Positions 46,757 through 56,370 of a stretch of 64,000 nucleotides of DNA are shown piece by piece. The notes under the pieces are model-generated. The model worked only from the letters and a program-made list of their open reading frames with translations. It did not search any database and had not been told where the DNA came from. Made by a program: the position numbers and the translations under genes. The DNA lies in the IMG/VR virus record IMGVR_UViG_3300021185_002720, positions 1 to 64,000 of that record; one strand, 5' to 3'. The number at the start of each line of letters is the position of its first letter. The first letter of the stretch is position 1. The DNA is from a virus.

Positions 46757-47091
46757 TTAAAAAGAAAACATTTTTTTGTGATATAGATGGTACATTAATA
46801 AAGTATCGTGAATTTGTAACGTATCAGACTAATCCTGCAGTTCCAATTGAAAGTACTATAAACTATATTACTGAGCAGTTTAATGATGGTCATATGATTA
46901 TACTAACTACAGCTAGACCTGAAGAGTTAAGAAGGCATACAGAATTAGAATTAGAGATGAATCATATTCCTTTTCATAGATTGATAATGGGAATAGAAAG
47001 AGGACCTAGATACTTAATAAATGATATGTCTCCTAATGAACCAGGTGAAAGAGCAATAGGTATTAATTTAGTAAGAGATCAAGGCATATGA
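46753..47091 (+). CDS. capless HAD-superfamily phosphatase
   Basis: FCDIDGTL, LTTAR, RYLIND. Confidence 0.8.
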   Translation: MIKKKTFFCDIDGTLIKYREFVTYQTNPAVPIESTINYITEQFNDGHMIILTTARPEELRRHTELELEMNHIPFHRLIMGIERGPRYLINDMSPNEPGERAIGINLVRDQGI

Positions 47092-47486
47092 AAAAGTATT
47101 TAGCACAAGCAGCTTTCCAGTCATCATACAATCCAAATAAATTCTCTATGTATATAGGAAGGTGGCAGCCTTGGCATGGAGGTCATAGATGGTTAATAGA
47201 CCAGAGGTTAGAAGAAGGTAAGAATGTATGGATCGCTATTAGAGATATTCCACCTGATGAGAAGAATCCTTGGACAGCTCAAGAGGTTTTAGTTAACTTA
47301 GGACATGAGCTTAAAGAGTTAATTGAACAAGGAAGAGTAAAATGTACTATTGTTCCTGATATCGAATCAATTAATATAGGTAGAGGAGTAGGTTATGACG
47401 TCATAGAGCATTGCCCTCCTGATGATGTTAAGAATATATCAGCTACTAAAATTAGGGAACAGATGAAAAAAGACGGTAAATTATAA
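47088..47486 (+). CDS. HxGH nucleotidyltransferase (cytidylyltransferase/NMNAT-like)
   Basis: IGRWQPWHGGH, ISATKIR. Confidence 0.8.
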   Translation: MKKYLAQAAFQSSYNPNKFSMYIGRWQPWHGGHRWLIDQRLEEGKNVWIAIRDIPPDEKNPWTAQEVLVNLGHELKELIEQGRVKCTIVPDIESINIGRGVGYDVIEHCPPDDVKNISATKIREQMKKDGKL

Positions 47487-47487
47487 A

Positions 47488-48069
47488 ATGAAGACTTTAA
47501 TTATCAACGCTTGTAGAACAGGTTCAACTACTCTGTATAACAATTTGCTAAAGGAAAGAAATTGCAAAGGGTATTTTAACCCATGGGCTACAGGTAAGGA
47601 AGATGATATACTTTGGTCTTTAGAGTCATTTGTTTTAAAGTGTGGAGTAATGTATAATCCTATTAGGCTTACTGAAGGTGGAAGTAAGGTTTACTTTCTA
47701 CAGCAACAAGTTAATTGGTTTAAAGAATTAGCTGAAAAGTTTGATGAAGTAATATTACTCTCAAGAAAAAATACTACAGCTCATATTGAAAGCTTTATGC
47801 ATTTGATTACTCACAGCACTCCAGACCAATATGAAGCAGCAGTAAAAGGAGATCCTTTAGCTCATACCTCTACGAGTCAATGGGTATATAATAAAGATGA
47901 CTATGATAAAGATACTATAAGTAGAGCTCATGTAGATATATCAGATCAAAATAAAGTATTAAGAATGTTATCTAAGCAATTAGATATTCCTCTTAGTTAC
48001 TATGAAGATTACTTTGACCCTAATGGTCCAAATAGATATAGGAAAATAAAAGGTAAGACCTTAATATAA
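47488..48069 (+). CDS. sulfotransferase-like P-loop protein
   Basis: NACRTGSTTL, FNPW, LSRKN...ES, YYED; third paralogue. Confidence 0.65.
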   Translation: MKTLIINACRTGSTTLYNNLLKERNCKGYFNPWATGKEDDILWSLESFVLKCGVMYNPIRLTEGGSKVYFLQQQVNWFKELAEKFDEVILLSRKNTTAHIESFMHLITHSTPDQYEAAVKGDPLAHTSTSQWVYNKDDYDKDTISRAHVDISDQNKVLRMLSKQLDIPLSYYEDYFDPNGPNRYRKIKGKTLI

Positions 48070-48293
48070 TGGTAAGTAGAAAAAGACATATACTTAAAAC
48101 AGTTAGTTGGAGAATAATAGGAACAGTTGATACAATTGTTCTCTCTGGTTTTATAACAGGTTCGTGGAAATTTGGACTTGCTATAGGAGGAGTAGAAGTT
48201 ATAACAAAAATGGTTCTTTATTATTTTCATGAAAGAGCCTGGTATAAATTTAGTCGTTATGGAGTTAAAGGAAAAAATAAGTCAAGTAACTGA
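48069..48293 (+). CDS. DUF2061-like small membrane protein
   Basis: RHILKTVSWRIIGTVDT...LYYFHERAW. Confidence 0.85.
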   Translation: MVSRKRHILKTVSWRIIGTVDTIVLSGFITGSWKFGLAIGGVEVITKMVLYYFHERAWYKFSRYGVKGKNKSSN

Positions 48294-49050
48294 TAGTTAC
48301 GAAAGAATTAAACTGTTAAAAGATGCTTGTAAAGGTGAAACAATTTACCTAGTTACTTGTGGACCTTCTTTAACTACTCACAATAGAGAAAAACTTTTAG
48401 AAAAGCTAGACGGTAAGATAGTATTAGCAGCAAAGCAAGCTTACGAATATGTAAAAGAAGTAGCTACATTTCATTTGATGTCTGCATATTCATACCAACC
48501 TTACGAATACTATTCAGAAGATACAATCGTTCATTGGCAGCTAACAGCTATGAATATACCTGGTGAGTTAGAGAGAATAAATAATGAATGGAAACATAAA
48601 ATGGATATTGCTATTCCTTGTTACTCTACTCCTTGGGTTGATATGAATAATACAACAGCGTTTAGCAGAAGAATAGATCAGTTTGAAAAGTATAGCGAAG
48701 GACAGATTATTTGGGGTCCTGGTATAATGTATGAGTCTGGATTTCCTTTGGCTATGCATCTTGGTGCTAAAGAAATTGTTACTATAGGATGGGACATAGG
48801 AGATATATCTAAGTTTGAAAAGAAACATGGATACAAATTAGGGGATGATAACTGGATAAAAGAACATGCAGATTCTTTATACAAAACTCATGCTGGATCT
48901 GGTCCTGATTATACTGAGTTGAGAGAAACTATAGACTGTACGAAAGAAATGTATGATTATTTCTTGGATAAGAACATAAAAGTTCGTATCTTATCTAATA
49001 GTAACCCAGCTGATAAACGCTTTGAACGTATAACTTTAGATGAATTATAA
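48259..49050 (+). CDS. Maf/DUF115-like nonulosonate transferase-like protein
   Basis: LVTCGPSL, AMHLGAKEIVTIGWD; likely start ATG 48259. Confidence 0.65.
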   Translation: MELKEKISQVTDSYERIKLLKDACKGETIYLVTCGPSLTTHNREKLLEKLDGKIVLAAKQAYEYVKEVATFHLMSAYSYQPYEYYSEDTIVHWQLTAMNIPGELERINNEWKHKMDIAIPCYSTPWVDMNNTTAFSRRIDQFEKYSEGQIIWGPGIMYESGFPLAMHLGAKEIVTIGWDIGDISKFEKKHGYKLGDDNWIKEHADSLYKTHAGSGPDYTELRETIDCTKEMYDYFLDKNIKVRILSNSNPADKRFERITLDEL

Positions 49051-49855
49051 ACTAGCATTATATTGTAAAACATACCCAGGCGATTTTGATAGAGTCGCAG
49101 TGCTTATAGAGAGTATCAATAAACACAATGTAGATAATATACCTCTATTTATTTCCTGTGAAGGTAAATTTAAAGATTTATTAGAAGCTAAGATAGGTAC
49201 TGAAGCATATACCTTTATTGCTGATGAAGATTTATATATTCCTTCTAGACAGATGGCAGGATGGGAACATCAAATGCTTGTTAAACTTAATGCATTCGAA
49301 GGTATAGCAACTGATAACCTATTAATATTAGATTCAGATGCATACTTTATTAGAGACTTTTATGAAGCTGATTTTATAGCTTACGATAGTATCCCTTATA
49401 CTATCATTCACGAAAACGTACAAGTATCAGAATATGAAGCTCTTTTAAAAGGAGGAGATTATTCTAAGACTGGATACGCAAAAGCTGTTCAAGCCTATAG
49501 GAGTATTTTTGGAGGTAAGTCAAATAGAGTTTATGACTATGGACCTAATCCTCATTTATGGAATAGAAAAGTAATAGAAGACTTTAAAGTAAACTACTTA
49601 CAACATAATAATTTATCTTTAGATGATTTTTGCTTTGGTATTAAACAGCAATTTGGTATACATTTTAGAGAGACTCTTACTTATGGAGAATATTTACTTG
49701 CTACTAAGGTAATAGATATAGTCCCTTGTGGTCCTTTATTTAAAGTTTACCATTGGAAAGAGTTATATGATTTTGAATCTAAATTAGATTGGGTTAAAGA
49801 AGAAGAAATAAAGAAAACTTACTTAGGAATAATTAAACAAAGTAACTGGTCATGA
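49040..49855 (+). CDS. GT-A-like protein (DUF6492-like)
   Basis: CKTYPGD, GWEHQMLVKL, LILDSDAYF. Confidence 0.6.
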   Translation: MNYKLALYCKTYPGDFDRVAVLIESINKHNVDNIPLFISCEGKFKDLLEAKIGTEAYTFIADEDLYIPSRQMAGWEHQMLVKLNAFEGIATDNLLILDSDAYFIRDFYEADFIAYDSIPYTIIHENVQVSEYEALLKGGDYSKTGYAKAVQAYRSIFGGKSNRVYDYGPNPHLWNRKVIEDFKVNYLQHNNLSLDDFCFGIKQQFGIHFRETLTYGEYLLATKVIDIVPCGPLFKVYHWKELYDFESKLDWVKEEEIKKTYLGIIKQSNWS

Positions 49856-50730
49856 TAGTATATCAAGTACACCATATGTGGTATGAGTCTAACATGATTG
49901 ATGAGTGTTGGCATTCACTACTAAATGCATTAAGAGCAGCACCAGACGTTGAAGTAAAGATAAAGATATGTTTTAACTTCCAAACTTATATAGAAGAACC
50001 TGAGGTAGAAGAGTTTGAATATATGCTTAAGAAGCATACTACACATCCTTTGTTTAGAGATTATAAACCTGAAGTTACAATTAAGACTAATGATGATCCA
50101 TTTTACAATATAGCGGATTGGAGAAGAGAAGTATACGATACTAATGCTAAGTATACAGTATGGGGAGAAACAGATACAATATTACCTAGAGATATATTTG
50201 CAATACTAAACTCAGTTAATATAGATCAACCTCATGCTTTAACATTTGCTGGAAGACCAATGTGGGATGATAGTTGGGATGTAGTTACTCATGAAAAGTT
50301 AAGAGGGTATAGTAAACCTTGCCAATGTAATCCTCATAAAGATGATTGTATAGAATTATTAGAATCACCATGGAAGTATAAAGACTATATAACTCAAGAG
50401 GAGCTAGATAAATTTAACGATGAATCTGGTGATATAAAAATACAACAAGTACCTCACAAGTTAGACGGTAGCACTGTATGTCTATCAGGAGGAATAGAAA
50501 CACCTTTTATAGCTCCTGGAATGCATTTTGTTAGAGAAGATACTTGTTTAGAGTATTTTTTAAGAGCTAAAGGTATCCCTCAAGTATGTATCACGACAAG
50601 ACTTAAGGGGCATAATTACAAACACCCTCATAAAAGAGTTGGAACAAATGCTACTAGAAACGATGAGGTATTTAAAAAGTACGCTGATGAATCAATAAAA
50701 GCGATGAATAAATTTTTAAGTGAACTATGA
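49852..50730 (+). CDS. putative glycosyltransferase-like protein
   Basis: VWGETD, REDT; embedded in the GT operon. Confidence 0.5.
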   Translation: MIVYQVHHMWYESNMIDECWHSLLNALRAAPDVEVKIKICFNFQTYIEEPEVEEFEYMLKKHTTHPLFRDYKPEVTIKTNDDPFYNIADWRREVYDTNAKYTVWGETDTILPRDIFAILNSVNIDQPHALTFAGRPMWDDSWDVVTHEKLRGYSKPCQCNPHKDDCIELLESPWKYKDYITQEELDKFNDESGDIKIQQVPHKLDGSTVCLSGGIETPFIAPGMHFVREDTCLEYFLRAKGIPQVCITTRLKGHNYKHPHKRVGTNATRNDEVFKKYADESIKAMNKFLSEL

Positions 50731-51560
50731 TAACATTTTGTATAAGTACATATAATAATCTACCATACCTTAAACTAGCAGTACAGTCTGTTAGAGCTCA
50801 TTCATATTGGAAAGATGCTCCATTTATTATTCATGCTGAAAACTGTACTGACGGTACTAATGAATGGTTAAGAGCTATGGCCGATCAATACAATTTAACT
50901 TACTATGTAGATGAGAATGATAATCCTAAAGGTATAGGAGGAGGAATGAACTTCTGTGCTGAGAAAGTTAAGACAGAATACATAATGTTTCTTCATTCAG
51001 ACTTCTATGTTACTCCTAATTGGGATTTAGAGCTGATGAAAGTTCATGAAAAGTATGATGATGAAAAGCTATGGGTTAATTCATTTAGGATTGAACCTAA
51101 TATGTTTAACGACTCAGATAGACCGGGTACTCATTTCGTACCTAAAGAAGCATTTGGAGCTTACCATGATGAGTTTAAAGATAAAGAATTAATAGAGTAT
51201 GCTAGACAAATTGCAGAAGCTAATGACTTTGAAATCGCTAAAGGAGAAGGTGTTTCCGGACTTGTTAGAAAGTCTTGGTGGGATCATATTGGTGGCAACG
51301 ATCCTTTATTTGCTCCTACTTCATGGGATGACTATGATTTGTTCCTCAGGATGTTAAACGAAGGAGGTAGGTTCTTAATGCCTACTAAATCTATAGTATG
51401 GCACTTTGGTGCTAGAGGTTCTCATAGGTTAGAAGAAAATAATAATAAATCATCTGATAGGCAGCAAAAAGCTGAAGCAGCAAATGCTCAAAAGTTCTAC
51501 AACAAATGGGGTGGAATGCCTAAAAAAGATATAAACGGAATGATATGCGGCATACAGTAA
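50727..51560 (+). CDS. glycosyltransferase GT2
   Basis: ISTYNN, CTDGT, LHSD, IGGND, DDYDLF, VWHF. Confidence 0.9.
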   Translation: MITFCISTYNNLPYLKLAVQSVRAHSYWKDAPFIIHAENCTDGTNEWLRAMADQYNLTYYVDENDNPKGIGGGMNFCAEKVKTEYIMFLHSDFYVTPNWDLELMKVHEKYDDEKLWVNSFRIEPNMFNDSDRPGTHFVPKEAFGAYHDEFKDKELIEYARQIAEANDFEIAKGEGVSGLVRKSWWDHIGGNDPLFAPTSWDDYDLFLRMLNEGGRFLMPTKSIVWHFGARGSHRLEENNNKSSDRQQKAEAANAQKFYNKWGGMPKKDINGMICGIQ

Positions 51561-52678
51561 TTATACCTTCATATAATACATTACCTCATCTTAAAAATAC
51601 TTACGAAAGTATCAAGCTTTGGGGTAAAGACGCAACTATAATTATTATAGATGATGCATCAGAGGATGGTACTGCTGAATGGTTAGGTACCTTAAGAGAT
51701 AAAATGCTTAAGATTATCATTAGCAAAGAGAGAAAAGGACATACATATTGGTACGATGAAGGAATGAGGTTAGCTGAAACAGATATAGTTTCTATACTTC
51801 ATTCAGATATGATTATAGGTCCAAATTACTTTGAGAACTTATTCAAACATTTAGAGAGAGGTAAAGTAGTATGTGCTACTAGAATAGAACCTCCTATTCA
51901 TCCTGCTGGTAGAGAAAAGATAGTAAGAAACTTTGGTGATGAAGCTCATAACTTTATGTGGGATGCTTTTAAGAAGTTTGTTATTCAGGAAAAAGCTGAT
52001 AGTGTTAATGATACTACAAGAGGTATATTTGCTCCTTGGATGCTATATAAAGAAGATCATTTATCAATAGGAGGACATGATCAAAGGTTCGCCCCATTTG
52101 GATACGAAGACTCAGACATTTTTAATAGATGGATTAATAATGGATATGAAATGATTCAATCTAGAGACTCATTAGTCTATCATATGACTTGTAGAGGACA
52201 TAAATGGAACGCAGGAGTAGGAATAGAGAATCATGACTATAGAGAGATAATGACTCGTTGTGAAAGAGAGTACCAACGTAAGTGGGGTGATTGGATACAA
52301 AATGATAATTACCAATACCCTATCATTTATCCAAAATATGATAAAGGAATTATAATAAAGAATTGTAAACCAGAACTGATAGGACAGTTGGAACCTTGGG
52401 CGGATAATTTATATGTTGATATAGATTATAAATCTTATATAGAAACAGAGCAAACACGCACAGTCACAGACTTATACGATAGAATAAAGCCTTTCGATAA
52501 TGAGAAACAAAACCATATATTAATCGAAGTAGACGGTAATACATTTACGCAGCAGGATTATATTTATATTAGACAGTTAAGTGCTATTCTAAAACAAAAT
52601 CAACCTAAGCCTGGAAGTGTTACATTAGGAAACCTTAACATTAACATTATTAATTATGAAGAAAAAATACTTAGTTGA
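51545..52678 (+). CDS. glycosyltransferase GT2
   Basis: IIPSYN, IDDASEDGT, LHSD, IGGHD, YEDSDIF, VYH. Confidence 0.9.
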   Translation: MRHTVIIPSYNTLPHLKNTYESIKLWGKDATIIIIDDASEDGTAEWLGTLRDKMLKIIISKERKGHTYWYDEGMRLAETDIVSILHSDMIIGPNYFENLFKHLERGKVVCATRIEPPIHPAGREKIVRNFGDEAHNFMWDAFKKFVIQEKADSVNDTTRGIFAPWMLYKEDHLSIGGHDQRFAPFGYEDSDIFNRWINNGYEMIQSRDSLVYHMTCRGHKWNAGVGIENHDYREIMTRCEREYQRKWGDWIQNDNYQYPIIYPKYDKGIIIKNCKPELIGQLEPWADNLYVDIDYKSYIETEQTRTVTDLYDRIKPFDNEKQNHILIEVDGNTFTQQDYIYIRQLSAILKQNQPKPGSVTLGNLNINIINYEEKILS

Positions 52679-52832
52679 GTTTACGTACGCAAGCGGAGAC
52701 GTAGAAAAAATTGAATTAGAGACTGATAACATCGAATGGAGTATCAATCAATTTACTCGAAACAGACATATTGTCAAGCATGAAATTATTAACGAAGGTA
52801 GTGCCAATAGTAAACAAATGCTATTCGGTTGA
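52656..52832 (+). CDS. small hypothetical protein (58 aa)
   Basis: MKKKYLVEFTYASGDVEKIELETDNIEWSINQFTRNR...KQMLFG. Confidence 0.65.
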   Translation: MKKKYLVEFTYASGDVEKIELETDNIEWSINQFTRNRHIVKHEIINEGSANSKQMLFG

Positions 52833-52855
52833 TATTTATATAAAAGACTATAACA

Positions 52856-53233
52856 ATGAAAAAAATTGAAAAGTATATTAAGTCTCTTCTTTCTGAAGCA
52901 GCAAAGATTAATTTTGCAGGACATACATTTGTTCTTAAAATAGATACTAATGAAGATCCTCAAAAGAAAGGAGTAAAAGTACAATTTCTTCCTACCAAAT
53001 TTGGCTCAATCACTTCTACAGAGCAGAATGATATTGCAATTGAGCTAGAAAAAAGACTAGAAGCTGGATTAGCAGAGTATGAACTTAGAGTAGAAAGAGA
53101 TAGAAATTTAAAAGATAAAACAATTATAGGTTTTTTCATCTACATAGAGTATTTTGATAAGATAATTAGAAAAGCATTATCAGGTCAAAACCCAAGAACA
53201 GATATAGAAGAAACTCCAGGATCAGAAATCTAA
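52856..53233 (+). CDS. hypothetical protein
   Basis: Preceded by TATTTATA at 52833. Confidence 0.75.
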   Translation: MKKIEKYIKSLLSEAAKINFAGHTFVLKIDTNEDPQKKGVKVQFLPTKFGSITSTEQNDIAIELEKRLEAGLAEYELRVERDRNLKDKTIIGFFIYIEYFDKIIRKALSGQNPRTDIEETPGSEI

Positions 53234-53240
53234 AAAATAT

Positions 53241-53399
53241 ATGGCAGGTTATAAATTTTATGTTAAGAACGATATTAAGAAAGAAGCTATTACCTCTTGG
53301 CCAGCAGAAAGTAAAGAACATGCAATAGCTAACTTTGCTAAAATGAAACAGATGTCAATTGAAAGCTTCAATAAAATTTTTGAAGTAGAAAAGATATGA
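53241..53399 (+). CDS. small hypothetical protein (52 aa)
   Basis: MAGYKFYVKNDIKKEAI...FAKMKQMSIESFNKIFEVEKI; ATGA overlap with the next gene. Confidence 0.65.
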   Translation: MAGYKFYVKNDIKKEAITSWPAESKEHAIANFAKMKQMSIESFNKIFEVEKI

Positions 53400-53800
53400 A
53401 GGAACCAAAAAAAGTATTACGAGCAACTTTATATTCAATACATAAACTAGGATATAGAATTAAAACTATAACTCCAGACAAAGTTACTATGACTAAATTA
53501 GCATTTATTAGAATAATGAGACATCTGAAAGATATCGAGGATAGGAGAGATTTTATGAGTGCAGAAATAGGAATGGATATGACTACATACGAAGATAAAT
53601 TCTTTTCAGTTATAGAAGACCTATTGAAATTAGTATTCAATAAAGAGCAATTAGGACTTATCCAAATGTATCTATTCCAATTGCATCCTGATAAAGATTG
53701 GGATGGTACTATTACTATACAAAAAGGAAAACAAGAGAAGGTTGTTGCCTTTAAAACACCTGAACAAGTATGGGATGTTATTAGCGAAATAGCTAGTTAA
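53396..53800 (+). CDS. hypothetical protein
   Basis: Intact ORF. Confidence 0.75.
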   Translation: MKEPKKVLRATLYSIHKLGYRIKTITPDKVTMTKLAFIRIMRHLKDIEDRRDFMSAEIGMDMTTYEDKFFSVIEDLLKLVFNKEQLGLIQMYLFQLHPDKDWDGTITIQKGKQEKVVAFKTPEQVWDVISEIAS

Positions 53801-53802
53801 AA

Positions 53803-53836
53803 AGTTGCCTCCCTGCGTATTTTTTCTTATATTTAG
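53803..53836 (+). promoter_or_regulatory. Bacteroidota-type promoter, TCCCTGC-spacer subtype
   Basis: AGTTGCCTCCCTGCGTATTTTTTCTTATATTTAG. Confidence 0.8.
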
Positions 53837-53857
53837 TATAAATAAAATAAAAGTTAT

Positions 53858-54214
53858 ATGAATCTACAAAATCTAAAAATGATTCCATGCCCGAAGTGTG
53901 GAGATCCCTACCCTGAGTTAAGGAAAACTAAATACGGATACAACTTCTGTGTTAATTGTTCAACAGTAGAATCTGTTGTTGGTATTACTACTGTCGAAGG
54001 TACAGGGGATCATACCTATAATGATATAATCATTATGGATGCAGCAAAAGCTAGAAGAATAGCCGCTGCAGAAGCTGAAATGAAAGGAGATAAAAAAGGT
54101 CTGCTTGAAATTTTAGACTATGATGAAGTAGATAGAGATGAGAATGCTGTCTCACAATCAATTAAAGACAACGTAGCTGCAAATCAAGACCCCGACTTAG
54201 GCGAAAACTTCTAA
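53858..54214 (+). CDS. TraR/DksA-like C4 zinc-finger protein
   Basis: CPKCGDPYPELRKTKYGYNFCVNCS. Confidence 0.55.
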   Translation: MNLQNLKMIPCPKCGDPYPELRKTKYGYNFCVNCSTVESVVGITTVEGTGDHTYNDIIIMDAAKARRIAAAEAEMKGDKKGLLEILDYDEVDRDENAVSQSIKDNVAANQDPDLGENF

Positions 54215-54844
54215 ATGGCTAGACCTTCCAAGATAATAACAAAGGAAGATATCCTTAGAGCTCAGAAGATGACTCGATCTAATATGGCAGCAGCCAGGTA
54301 CCTTCATGTATCTTATAATCATTATAAGAAGTACGCAAAAATGTACAAGAATGAAGAAGGAGTTAATCTTCTGGAAGCTCATAAGAATCAAGCTGGTGAA
54401 GGTATTCCTAAATTTGCTTTAGCTGGTAAGGATAAAATTCCTTTAATGGATTTGTTAGAAGGTAGAGTTCCAATAGAACATTTTGATGCTAGAAAGATAA
54501 AACAGAGACTAATCTTTGAAGGTCTTATAGAAGAGAAATGTAATAGATGTGGATTCTCAGAAAGAAGAGTTACAGACTTAAAAGTACCAATTATACTTAA
54601 TTTTAAAGATAAAAATAAAAAAAATTGGAATCTTGATAACATTGAGTTTCTCTGTTACAATTGCTCCTTCCTATATGGCGAATCGCCTATCGAAGAGAAA
54701 CAAGCAGAGGCAATGGAAGACTACGTCAAAACTAAGAAAGATGAACCTGATTGGGAGATGAATCAAGCTCATATAGATCACTTAAAAGATTTAGGGTTAT
54801 ATGACGAAGAAGAAGACGGAAGTGAATATATCTCAAGGCTTTAA
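54215..54844 (+). CDS. HTH + degenerate HNH-like protein
   Basis: SNMAAARYLHVSY (HTH); CNRCG...LNFKDKNKKNWNLDNIEFLCYNC. Confidence 0.65.
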   Translation: MARPSKIITKEDILRAQKMTRSNMAAARYLHVSYNHYKKYAKMYKNEEGVNLLEAHKNQAGEGIPKFALAGKDKIPLMDLLEGRVPIEHFDARKIKQRLIFEGLIEEKCNRCGFSERRVTDLKVPIILNFKDKNKKNWNLDNIEFLCYNCSFLYGESPIEEKQAEAMEDYVKTKKDEPDWEMNQAHIDHLKDLGLYDEEEDGSEYISRL

Positions 54845-54856
54845 CTATTTATAATC

Positions 54857-55009
54857 ATGGCTAAGAAAAAAAATAATAAATTTTCTACCTGGAAAAAGAA
54901 GAAACCCCTCGAAAGAAAAGTTGCTGATGACCTTGTAAAGCAACATGAACGTAATGAAAAGTTACGAGAAAAAAGGATAGGAACTAGCTTCCTCGATATG
55001 TTTAACTAA
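54857..55009 (+). CDS. small basic protein (50 aa)
   Basis: MAKKKNNKFSTWKKKKP...; directly after a TATTTATA box. Confidence 0.55.
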   Translation: MAKKKNNKFSTWKKKKPLERKVADDLVKQHERNEKLREKRIGTSFLDMFN

Positions 55010-55018
55010 AACTATTAT

Positions 55019-55612
55019 ATGAATAAATTTCGAACAATTATTTTGTGTGCTATAACTATGTTTAGTGTTATGGCTTTCACTACAGTAAAGAAGCGATTTG
55101 CAATCATCAAACCAATAGAATTAGAACCACAACCTGCAATCATAATAGAAAATAAAATCCCAGAAGTAGAACTAGAAATAGTCATCAAAGGACATGAAGA
55201 GTTCCTTGAAGCTATTGGTCATAGAGAATCTGGTAATAGATATACTATTGTAAATAAGTATGGGTATATGGGTAGGTATCAATTTGGTAAATCGACTCTA
55301 AAAGGACTAGGATTTAAAGTAACGAAGGATGAATTCCTTAACAGTCCGTACATACAGGAAAAGGCTATGCAAAAACTTTTGTTGCATAATCGAAAAAGAC
55401 TTCGTAAATTAATAGATGAACACTGTGGAACTGTAGTACATGGAGTGTACATAACAGAATCAGGGTTACTTGCTGCAGCTCATTTAGGAGGAGCAGGAAG
55501 TGTTAGAAAATGGTTTAGAACTGGAAAAGTTAGAAAAGATGGATTTGGTACAAAGATTACCTCTTACATGATCCAGTTCAACGGTTATACATTAGATTTA
55601 AATGGAGTATAA
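55019..55612 (+). CDS. lysozyme-like/lytic transglycosylase with N-terminal signal anchor
   Basis: RESGNRY...N.YGYMGRYQF, LAAAHLGGAG. Confidence 0.8.
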   Translation: MNKFRTIILCAITMFSVMAFTTVKKRFAIIKPIELEPQPAIIIENKIPEVELEIVIKGHEEFLEAIGHRESGNRYTIVNKYGYMGRYQFGKSTLKGLGFKVTKDEFLNSPYIQEKAMQKLLLHNRKRLRKLIDEHCGTVVHGVYITESGLLAAAHLGGAGSVRKWFRTGKVRKDGFGTKITSYMIQFNGYTLDLNGV

Positions 55613-56339
55613 AAGAGTAATAATTTTAGGAGACTCACATGCTAGAGGAGATGGAGCTGAATGGCCAGGAATATATGGTCATTTAGGTCCTATTCCTCAT
55701 GAGTATAGAGCAAATACATGGAAATTAAAAGTAAAAACAGCTAAACCAGAGGAGTACCCTAAACTTCATCAAGAGTTTTACGGTGCTCTGTATGAAAAGT
55801 TAGTAAAGAATAGTGAAGAAGTACTTAAGTTACGTAAGACTCAATCGTGGGGAGCACATTTTGCTAAGCTTATACCTAATTGTAAGTATGAAAATTACAG
55901 TACTAAAGATAATGAAATAGAATCAGTACTTCCTTTCTTCAAAGGCAACTGTGAAGATATGGACTTGAGAGATAGTTTAGTTATTTTAGGAGTTGGTAAC
56001 TCTGGTGCTAACATAACATTCAGACAAAATGGAACTAAACTAAAAAATATAAGTGTAGTACATATTGCTCAATCGATTATGCTTATAAAGGAGTTTGTAG
56101 AAAATAGAGGAGGTCATTTAGTTGTAATACATCCAGAAGAGTTTCCAGAAAGCTTATATGACCCAGAACTTAATCCCTATTGGATAGACTTAAGTCCTTT
56201 ACTAATACATGAGGGTAATTTTGAATCGATGTTAGGTACAGGTTTGTATTGGAGAAGATTTGATGGAAGACATTATGATGCAGGAGTACAGAAAGTTTTA
56301 GGGCAGAATATCTTCAATTTAGTTGCAGATATGCATTAA
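55602..56339 (+). CDS. SGNH/GDSL hydrolase-like protein
   Basis: ILGDSHARG...DGRHY. Confidence 0.6.
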   Translation: MEYKRVIILGDSHARGDGAEWPGIYGHLGPIPHEYRANTWKLKVKTAKPEEYPKLHQEFYGALYEKLVKNSEEVLKLRKTQSWGAHFAKLIPNCKYENYSTKDNEIESVLPFFKGNCEDMDLRDSLVILGVGNSGANITFRQNGTKLKNISVVHIAQSIMLIKEFVENRGGHLVVIHPEEFPESLYDPELNPYWIDLSPLLIHEGNFESMLGTGLYWRRFDGRHYDAGVQKVLGQNIFNLVADMH

Positions 56340-56354
56340 TTTTCTTATATTTAG
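56321..56354 (+). promoter_or_regulatory. Bacteroidota-type promoter
   Basis: AGTTG-N17-TCTTATATTTAG then AAAATAAAGGTTATG. Confidence 0.75.
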
Positions 56355-56370
56355 ATATAAAATAAAGGTT

